Positions 19,406 through 26,486 of a DNA stretch of 35,227 bases are shown piece after piece (the stretch's first letter is position 1; the number at the start of each line of letters is the position of its first letter). Location: sequence record DRR723986_16076. One strand, given 5' to 3'. A model generated the notes under the pieces. That model saw only the letters and a program-made list of their open reading frames with translations. It did no database searches and was not told where the DNA came from. A program made the position numbers and the translations under genes.

Positions 19406-20505
19406 GATATTTTCTGCCATTATTGATTTTTATTTCGAGCTGCATTAATCATCAGCCCCAAGAATCAGACAATAACTTTATTCCTTCCCCAAAAAGCGAG
19501 TTGGAAATTGAGTATGCCAAAGGCTTTGAAATTAATTACACAGCCAATCACACCGTATTAGTTTCAAAATCTATAGCAGGCAATGATTATTTTAGAGACA
19601 GTTTGATTTTACAGCATGCTGATAACGAAAGTTGCAGTGCTTTCAAGAGTTTCTTCGAAATGCCTAGGTCTTTGAATTGTCAATCAAGCACGCATCTTGC
19701 CTATATCGATTTTTTTGATCAACTAGGAACCGTTAAGGGTTTGTGCGGAATTGAATATGTTCATCCTGGAAAAATTAATGATGAGCTAGTTATAAATGGA
19801 ACGCAAGAGGTTTGCTTAGCTGAAAACATCCAAATCGAATCAGTGCTAAAGACGAACCCAGATTTATTTATGGTCTATCCCTTTGCAATAAGCCAGGTCG
19901 AATCACTTGAATCCAACGGAGTTAAAACTTTTATGATTGCGGAGTATCTTGAAACACATCCTTTGGCCAGGTTAGAGTGGCTCAAACTTTTTGCGGTCAT
20001 TTTTGAACAAGAAGAAAAGGCTAATGCTTATTTCAATGAGGTCGAAGAAGAATACAATTCGCTCACTCAGATGGAAGCAGACAGTAATAAAAAATTCATT
20101 TTTAATTTACCCTATGGAGAAAACTGGTTTACTCCCTCTGCGAATTCACTTATTGTAAGACTATTAGAAGATGCAGGTTTGTATTATTTCTATCAAAACG
20201 AGGTGGGCACTGAGAACATAACGCATCCACAAGAGCAGGTGTGGAGTGATGGAACGAAAGCAGATTATTGGGTGATCATTGCTGACCGACCTGATGATTT
20301 TACTCTAGCTCAACTGCAAGAAGAGAATTCGGTATATACCAGTTTTAAAGCGGTGAAAAATCACCAGGTAATTTTTTGTAATTCAAGAACTTCAGATTAT
20401 TTTCTTACAGGCGTAATTGAACCTCACCTGATGTTAAAGGACATCTTGTATGCCACCCATAAAATTGACAATTACACACCCAAGTATTTTCGATTGTTGA
20501 AATAA
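19402..20505 (+). CDS. ABC substrate-binding lipoprotein (BtuF / iron-complex type)
   Basis: Lipobox ISS-C, YAKGF, SSTH and EYLETHPLARLEWLK motifs typical of Bacteroidota BtuF-like proteins. Confidence 0.82.
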   Translation: MRYFLPLLIFISSCINHQPQESDNNFIPSPKSELEIEYAKGFEINYTANHTVLVSKSIAGNDYFRDSLILQHADNESCSAFKSFFEMPRSLNCQSSTHLAYIDFFDQLGTVKGLCGIEYVHPGKINDELVINGTQEVCLAENIQIESVLKTNPDLFMVYPFAISQVESLESNGVKTFMIAEYLETHPLARLEWLKLFAVIFEQEEKANAYFNEVEEEYNSLTQMEADSNKKFIFNLPYGENWFTPSANSLIVRLLEDAGLYYFYQNEVGTENITHPQEQVWSDGTKADYWVIIADRPDDFTLAQLQEENSVYTSFKAVKNHQVIFCNSRTSDYFLTGVIEPHLMLKDILYATHKIDNYTPKYFRLLK

Positions 20506-20532
20506 CTTAACTTTAAAACTAAATCAACAACA

Positions 20533-21543
20533 TTGAACAAGAATAAGGATATCATTGTACTAATAGGGCTTGTCCTTGTAGTGTTTGTTTTAGCCTTATT
20601 GAACCTCACTACAGGAGTTGTTAAGATCCCATTTTCTGATGTATTTGATGTGTTGACTGGAGGTAGTGTTGAAAATGAATCATGGTCGTACATCATTGAG
20701 AATAGATTCAACAGATCCATAGTAGGTATTGTTGCAGGAGGAGGGCTGGCAGTTGCCGGTTTATTGTTACAGGTCTTTTTCCGAAATCCGTTGGCTGGCC
20801 CGGGAGTTCTCGGAGTGACTTCAGGAGCTTCATTGGGTGTTGCGCTAATTATTCTAGGAGGTATCACTTTAGAGGGGATTGCTGGTGGATTGGGATTATT
20901 TACTGCCGGAGTAATCGGAGCATTTCTTGTGTTGCTGTTGTTGTTATTCATTTCTCGATACGTAAAAAATCAAATTACCCTTCTTGTTGTAGGATTAATG
21001 TTGGGATATTTCGTTTCGGCTCTTTTGAATGTGTTATTTCTCTTTGCAGACCAATCAGAAACTCGAGAATATGTAATATGGGGACTCGGCAGTTTTAGTG
21101 GATTGAAGAATCTTGAAATGATTGGTTTTGTTTTAGTAGTAGGAATTTCTTCTTTCGGCGCAGTTTTGATGGCTAAAGGATTAAATGGCTTAGCACTGGG
21201 GCAAGAATACGCCAAATCACTTGGGATCAATATCCGTACTTTAAGAGTTGGAGTGATTGTAGTTACTAGTGTTATTGCCGCTATAGTAACTGTTTTTTGT
21301 GGTCCGATTAGTTTTATAGGGATAGCAGTTCCGCAATTAATTCGGTTGATTTCAACTTCTAAAAACCACGCTTTTCTAATTCCATTATGTTTTGTTGGTG
21401 GATCTGTTTTAGGGATTTCTTCAGACTTATTGGTGCGGCTTTCAGCTAATTCTTTACCATTAAATACAGTTACAGCAATGATCGGGGCGCCCATCATTAT
21501 TTGGACAATTATTAAACTAAACAAATCTTTTGCTAAAATTTAA
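20533..21543 (+). CDS. FecCD/BtuC-family ABC permease
   Basis: FRNPLAGPGVLGVTSGASLG, A.SLG EAA-like loop, GPISFIGIAVP; multiple TM helices; TTG start. Confidence 0.9.
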   Translation: MNKNKDIIVLIGLVLVVFVLALLNLTTGVVKIPFSDVFDVLTGGSVENESWSYIIENRFNRSIVGIVAGGGLAVAGLLLQVFFRNPLAGPGVLGVTSGASLGVALIILGGITLEGIAGGLGLFTAGVIGAFLVLLLLLFISRYVKNQITLLVVGLMLGYFVSALLNVLFLFADQSETREYVIWGLGSFSGLKNLEMIGFVLVVGISSFGAVLMAKGLNGLALGQEYAKSLGINIRTLRVGVIVVTSVIAAIVTVFCGPISFIGIAVPQLIRLISTSKNHAFLIPLCFVGGSVLGISSDLLVRLSANSLPLNTVTAMIGAPIIIWTIIKLNKSFAKI

Positions 21544-22237
21544 AAACATATCCTTAAGTGTAAATGAGCGGCTTTTGTTTAATCTTCAGCAATTAGATAT
21601 TTCTGAAGGATTGGTGGCTTTAGTTGGTCGAAATGGCTCTGGTAAATCTAGTTTTATCCGATCTATCTTAAATGAATTTGAAGAGTGTTCAGGAGAAATT
21701 TATTTAAAATCTGTACCACTTCGTCAATTTACAAAGAGCGAATTGGCCGAGAAGATTGCGGTTGTTTATTCTAAAGTAGATGTGTTTGGTGATTATACAG
21801 TTGAGGATATTCTCAAATTAGGAAGATTGCCTTATCAAAACCGTTTTGCTATGACTTCAGATCAGGATAATGAAATTATTGCCAGAGTGGCGAATGATCT
21901 AGGGATAAAAGATTTTTTATCTCGCAAATTTACTGAGCTGAGTGATGGAGAAAAGCAGCTAGTAATGATTGGAAGGGCCTTTGTGCAAGATACAGACCTC
22001 ATTTTAATGGATGAGCCAACTGCCTTCTTAGATTTGGTGAACAGAAGTAAATTGATCAAACTTTTGAGTGAATGGGCTAAGAATCAGAACAAATTAATTT
22101 TGTTTTCCACTCATGATATTGATTTGTTAGACCGCTATTGTTCTTCAGTTCTATTAATTGACAATAATGAGCTAATTGAACTGCAGTCGAATGAAAGCTA
22201 TATCAATCAAATAAAATCGGCATTTAAAATTACGTGA
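21530..22237 (+). CDS. ABC ATP-binding protein (BtuD/FecE type)
   Basis: GRNGSGKS, LSDGE signature variant, LMDEPT, STHD. Confidence 0.9.
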   Translation: MLKFKNISLSVNERLLFNLQQLDISEGLVALVGRNGSGKSSFIRSILNEFEECSGEIYLKSVPLRQFTKSELAEKIAVVYSKVDVFGDYTVEDILKLGRLPYQNRFAMTSDQDNEIIARVANDLGIKDFLSRKFTELSDGEKQLVMIGRAFVQDTDLILMDEPTAFLDLVNRSKLIKLLSEWAKNQNKLILFSTHDIDLLDRYCSSVLLIDNNELIELQSNESYINQIKSAFKIT

Positions 22238-23169
22238 TGAAATTGATGTTAAAAACTAAGCTGCCTGCTGATCCTAATTATCTCACTTATTCATCAAAAA
22301 TATTGAGCATTGGTTCATGCTTTTCAGACGAGATTGCCGCGAAAATGAAAAATGAACAGTTTGAAATTGAGGCGAATCCTTGCGGGGTTATTTTCAATCC
22401 AGAATCAATTCTGAATGTTTTAGAAGATGCTTTCAGTTTTACGATCAATGAAAAACACATTATTGATCGAGACGGGTTGTGGTTGAACTATGATTACCAT
22501 TCTTCAATTTTTGGAACATCTAGACAAGAACTGTTGACTTCGATTTCAGATTGTCAAGAAATCCTTAATGATCAATTAAAAACAAGCAGTCATATTTTTG
22601 TGACATTCGGTTCTGCCTGGGTATATAGTTTAAACGAGACAAAACGAAAAGTTGCCAATTGTCACAAAATGCCTAACGGAATATTTGAAAAGAAATTAAT
22701 TGAGTTAGAGCAATTGTATGCAGGTTGGCAATCCTTTATCGATCGCTTAAATAAACTGAATCCTGCTGTTAAAATACTGTTCACTGTAAGCCCTATTCGA
22801 CATTCAAAAGACGGACTACGAGAAAATAACCTCAGTAAAGGAATTCTCCATCAATTGGTGTATCAATTAGAAAAAAATAATGCGCAGGTATCTTATTTTC
22901 CATCTTACGAAATAATCATTGATGAGTTGAGAGATTATCGATTTTATAAAAATGACATGGTGCACCCATCTGGTCTGGCTGTGGATTATGTCTACGATAA
23001 ATTCAAATCGGCTTATTTTTCTGATAAAACAAAAGAACTATCGATATTATGTGGAAAGCTTCAAAAAGCGAAGGGACATCAGTTTATCAATGCCTCTTCA
23101 CTGCAAATTCAACAGCATGAATCTTTGATTCAAAATTTAGAAGAACAGATTTCAATTTTAAGGAAATAA
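22237..23169 (+). CDS. GSCFA-domain protein (SGNH hydrolase-like)
   Basis: GSCFS, VANCHK, TVSPIRH, YFPSYEI..DELRDYRFY, DMVHP motifs. TGATG coupling to the upstream gene. Confidence 0.88.
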   Translation: MKLMLKTKLPADPNYLTYSSKILSIGSCFSDEIAAKMKNEQFEIEANPCGVIFNPESILNVLEDAFSFTINEKHIIDRDGLWLNYDYHSSIFGTSRQELLTSISDCQEILNDQLKTSSHIFVTFGSAWVYSLNETKRKVANCHKMPNGIFEKKLIELEQLYAGWQSFIDRLNKLNPAVKILFTVSPIRHSKDGLRENNLSKGILHQLVYQLEKNNAQVSYFPSYEIIIDELRDYRFYKNDMVHPSGLAVDYVYDKFKSAYFSDKTKELSILCGKLQKAKGHQFINASSLQIQQHESLIQNLEEQISILRK

Positions 23170-23203
23170 AAAAACCTCTGAGTTGATCTCAGAGGTTTTT
23201 TTT
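23168..23203. terminator. Bidirectional intrinsic terminator
   Basis: A7-CCTCTGAG-ttgat-CTCAGAGG-T8 between convergent genes. Confidence 0.92.
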
Positions 23204-23228
23204 GCAAAGAAAATAAACCAAACTTGAT

Positions 23229-24629
23229 TTATCTAATGATGATCACTTGCCCTTCATACATTTCAGGTTCACCATTACTGTTAGTTAGAACTACTCTCCA
23301 AATGTAGGCAGCTCCAGCTGGTGCAAGTGTATTGTCTTTTGTGATTAATCCATCCCAAGGCTCATTAGCACTTTGAGTGCTGTATACTAAATCTCCAGCT
23401 TTATTCATAATGTTCATTGTGAATGGCACATCCATTAATTTCAGTGCTTCTGGAATAAATGTTTCGTTCTTGAAATCTCCGTTTGGTGAAAATGCTGTTG
23501 GAGCAAGTAGGTTGTAATCTTTCTCAATAGTAATCGTCTTTTGAGTAGTTTTTTGACAGCCATTTTCATTTTCAGCAGTCAGTTCAACCATATACTTTCC
23601 AGCTTTTCTGAAGGTATACTCGAATTCATTTCGTTGAGATTGCTTCAATCCTTTGATATTCCATGCCCATTTAACAGCTTCATCAGTTAAGTTGATGAAA
23701 TCTACTGTTGGAATGATTTCATTAGATTGCTCCCATCCGAAATTGGTTTCAGGTAAGGCATTTATTGTGATTGTTTCTTTAGAGCTTGCCAATGTTTTGT
23801 TTGTTTTAGGATGCTTAATTTCTAAAGTAACTGAATAGTCTCCAGATTTCTTATAAGCATGATTCCCTAACATTGAAGAGCTAATTTCACCGTCTCCGAA
23901 ATTCCAAACATAAATAAGATCAGAATTCATTACCTGAGGAGTGAAAATGCATTTCTCTTTAACACATACACTAGAAACATTTGCACTAAATGATGCGTCT
24001 GCATGGTATTCAATAACTTCTGGTTGGTGAACAACATGATTGTTTCCGTTACCATTGTTATTAACAACATTGTTATCTGGCAGATTCACAACTGAACCTC
24101 CGTTATCATTGTTGTTGTCGCTGTTGTTATTGTTATGATTTCCGTTATTCTCTACAACATTTCCATTCTCTTCAGAATTTTCAATGTGTGAATCCCCGTT
24201 ATTTGTAACAATCCCATTGTTTTGATCATTTTCAAAATTTTGGTTCTCGTTTTGACCAACAACATTACTAGAACCGTTTTCAGCAATTGAATTGTTGTCA
24301 TTAATGGCAACTTCAGTTGACTGATTCTTGTCGTTAATCGCAGTTTCAGAAGAATCTTGATTGTAGATATAAACAGAACTCACAACAACAGCAACTGCTG
24401 CAGCCGTACCAGCAATCCATTTCCAAGCCGAATTAGCAGCTCCTAATTGTCCACTAACAGCTTCCCAAGCCGCAGGGTTGTAAGGCGCTTCATATCCACT
24501 TGTGGATTCCTTCATCATTTGATCAAATGAATCACCAAGCTCATTGCTCACGTTCTCCCACGCTTGCGGATTGAACGGCATTTCGTGCCCCTCAACTGCT
24601 TGTTTCATTATTTTTTCAAACTTGTCCAT
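23229..24629 (-). CDS. Putative anti-sigma factor: duplicated cytoplasmic motif, TM helix, Asn-rich linker, 2 PKD domains, T9SS type-B CTD
   Basis: No N-terminal signal peptide; TM at about aa 71-89; WNFGDG PKD motif; CTD LLAPTAFSPNGD..N..F.P..WDG..Y.W..GQVIIIR. Lies 9 nt downstream of the ECF sigma gene. Anti-sigma role is inferred. Confidence 0.75.
   Translation of the reverse strand: MDKFEKIMKQAVEGHEMPFNPQAWENVSNELGDSFDQMMKESTSGYEAPYNPAAWEAVSGQLGAANSAWKWIAGTAAAVAVVVSSVYIYNQDSSETAINDKNQSTEVAINDNNSIAENGSSNVVGQNENQNFENDQNNGIVTNNGDSHIENSEENGNVVENNGNHNNNNSDNNNDNGGSVVNLPDNNVVNNNGNGNNHVVHQPEVIEYHADASFSANVSSVCVKEKCIFTPQVMNSDLIYVWNFGDGEISSSMLGNHAYKKSGDYSVTLEIKHPKTNKTLASSKETITINALPETNFGWEQSNEIIPTVDFINLTDEAVKWAWNIKGLKQSQRNEFEYTFRKAGKYMVELTAENENGCQKTTQKTITIEKDYNLLAPTAFSPNGDFKNETFIPEALKLMDVPFTMNIMNKAGDLVYSTQSANEPWDGLITKDNTLAPAGAAYIWRVVLTNSNGEPEMYEGQVIIIR
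24441..24626 (-). repeat. Tandem 31-aa repeat in the N-terminus of the putative anti-sigma factor
   Basis: DKFEKIMKQAVEGHEMPFNPQAWENVSNELG versus DSFDQMMKESTSGYEAPYNPAAWEAVSGQLG. Confidence 0.85.
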
Positions 24630-24638
24630 TTACTTTTA

Positions 24639-25205
24639 TTAATGTCGTTGAAACTTTAAGCTCAACTCTGCTTTTAATTTTTGTTTAGCCTTCGCTAAGT
24701 TAGATTTTGAAGTTCCTTCACTGATTCCCAGATATTCCGCAATTTCTTTATGCGTAAATCCTTCCATCACATACATGTTAAATACCGTTCTGTAAGCTGG
24801 TGATAAATTACTTATCGCCTTAATCGCTTCCTCAGCTTGTATCTTAGTTTCGTACTCATCCTCTTCTGAGAATGGAACATCTTCTTCGATATTCTGAATT
24901 CGGCTATCTTCTTCAATCGAAAAAGGATCACGTTTGTTTTTCCTTATTTGATCGATAGCGGTATTCACCATTATCCTTCTAATCCAACCTTCCAAAGAAC
25001 CTTCAAAATTGTAAACATCCAGTTTCTTAAATATTTTGATGAATCCATTCTGAACCATGTCCTGCGCTTCGTCTTGATCTTTGGCGTAGCGCATGCAAAC
25101 AGCCATCATTTTTCCGTAAAACATTTCAAAGAGTTGCTTCTGATACTTGCGCTTGCCTTTAATGCAGCCATCAACTATTATCTGAAGTTCTTCTTTAGTT
25201 TCCAC
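24639..25205 (-). CDS. ECF RNA polymerase sigma-70 factor
   Basis: Region 2 (AQDMVQNGFIKIF..GSLEGWIRRIMVNTAID) and region 4 (LSPAYRTVFNMYVMEGFTHKEIAEYLGISEGTSKSNL). GTG 25205 chosen because the candidate promoter overlaps TTG 25232. Confidence 0.95.
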   Translation of the reverse strand: METKEELQIIVDGCIKGKRKYQKQLFEMFYGKMMAVCMRYAKDQDEAQDMVQNGFIKIFKKLDVYNFEGSLEGWIRRIMVNTAIDQIRKNKRDPFSIEEDSRIQNIEEDVPFSEEDEYETKIQAEEAIKAISNLSPAYRTVFNMYVMEGFTHKEIAEYLGISEGTSKSNLAKAKQKLKAELSLKFQRH

Positions 25206-25220
25206 TGTGTTTTCAATTAA

Positions 25221-25248
25221 TAAACGAATCAATTATTGGGGGGTTGCC
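25221..25248 (-). promoter_or_regulatory. Candidate autoregulatory ECF promoter (GGCAAC-N16-CGTTTA)
   Basis: Minus strand GGCAAC-CCCCCAATAATTGATT-CGTTTA, ending about 15 nt upstream of GTG 25205. Confidence 0.65.
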
Positions 25249-25419
25249 AATATTAGCGAAAAAAAATACGCTCGTTAATAATTCGTGCATATTTATTTAG
25301 GACAATATCCTTAAAGGGATTTAAAAATTATTAAATTCGTTGTCCGTTCATTGAACATAAGAAATTATTAAAATGGACTGATAATTAATCTCTTATTAAT
25401 CTTAAACAATTAACACAAT

Positions 25420-26352
25420 ATGAAAGTTACAGTTGTAGGTGCTGGGGCAGTTGGAGCAAGTTGCGCTGAGTACATAGCAATGAAAAATTTTGCTGAAGAA
25501 GTAGTTTTATTAGACATCAAAGAAGGATATGCTGAAGGAAAAGCAATGGATTTGATGCAAACTTCTTCATTGAACGGGTTCGATACAATGATCACTGGTT
25601 CAACAAATGATTATAGTAAAACAGCCGGATCTGATGTAGCTGTCATAACTTCTGGTATTCCTAGAAAACCAGGAATGACTAGAGAAGAGTTAATTGGTAT
25701 TAATGCTGGAATTGTGAAAACAGTATCATCTGCTTTAGTTGAAGCTTCTCCTAATGTTATCATCATTGTAGTTTCAAACCCAATGGATACCATGACTTAC
25801 TTGGTACACAAATCAACTAATCTTCCAAAAAATAGAATTATTGGAATGGGTGGAGCTTTAGATTCTGCTAGATTCAAATACAGATTAGCAGAAGCTTTAG
25901 GTTGCCCAACTTCGGATGTTGATGGAATGGTAGTAGGAGGACACTCTGATAAAGGAATGGTTCCGTTAATTGAAAAAGCAACTAGAAATTCTGTTGCAGT
26001 TTCTGAATTTTTAGATGCTGCTAGAATGGACCAAATTGTTCAAGACACGAAAGTAGGTGGAGCAACTTTGACTGGATTATTAGGAACATCAGCTTGGTAT
26101 GCACCAGGCGCTGCTGTTTCAGAATTAGTTAAAGCAATCGCTTTAGATTCTCAAAAAATGTTCCCTTGTTCTGCTTTATTAGAAGGAGAATACGGATTAA
26201 ATGATTTATCAATCGGTGTACCATGTATACTTGGAAAGAACGGAATCGAAAAAATTGTAGAGGTATCATTAAGTGATGCAGAAAAAGCGCATTTAGCTGA
26301 GTCTGCTGAAGGAGTTAAGAAAACAAACGGATTGTTAGAAGTTAACGCATAG
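25420..26352 (+). CDS. mdh: Malate dehydrogenase (LDH-like)
   Basis: VVGAGAVG, SGIPRKPGMTREEL, VSNPMD, LDSARF, GGH and SAWYAPG motifs. Confidence 0.96.
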   Translation: MKVTVVGAGAVGASCAEYIAMKNFAEEVVLLDIKEGYAEGKAMDLMQTSSLNGFDTMITGSTNDYSKTAGSDVAVITSGIPRKPGMTREELIGINAGIVKTVSSALVEASPNVIIIVVSNPMDTMTYLVHKSTNLPKNRIIGMGGALDSARFKYRLAEALGCPTSDVDGMVVGGHSDKGMVPLIEKATRNSVAVSEFLDAARMDQIVQDTKVGGATLTGLLGTSAWYAPGAAVSELVKAIALDSQKMFPCSALLEGEYGLNDLSIGVPCILGKNGIEKIVEVSLSDAEKAHLAESAEGVKKTNGLLEVNA

Positions 26353-26378
26353 AACGATTCTAAATATTATTGAATATT

Positions 26379-26408
26379 GCCCTGCTTCGATTGAAGTGGG
26401 GCTTTTTT
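26379..26408 (+). terminator. Intrinsic terminator of mdh
   Basis: GCCCTGCTTC-gatt-GAAGTGGGGC (two G-U pairs) followed by T6. Confidence 0.85.
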
Positions 26409-26410
26409 AT

Positions 26411-26462
26411 TAATTTACGGTAATCTACGTAGTTCAATTTATCTATTCTAAATATAATTTTG
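26411..26462 (+). promoter_or_regulatory. Promoter region with 10-bp direct repeat and -7 box
   Basis: TAATTTACGG-TAATCTACGT (8/10 identical) at 26411-26430; TAATTTTG at 26455-26462. Confidence 0.45.
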
Positions 26463-26486
26463 AACTAACAGATTGTACGAATTATT

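Noticed and set aside
20472-21524. Long antisense ORFs of 159 and 184 aa
   Set aside because: Shadow frames of the hydrophobic permease gene; composition mirrors the sense codons.
24021-24362. TTG/GTT-rich tract as CRISPR or contingency microsatellite
   Set aside because: No fixed repeat-spacer period; it is in-frame Asn-rich coding sequence with mixed codons.
25206-25232. TTG start of the sigma at 25232 (likewise ORF-track starts at 4870, 5586 and 18128)
   Set aside because: These starts fall within promoter motifs or the upstream gene; downstream ATG/GTG codons give proper signal peptides or translational coupling.
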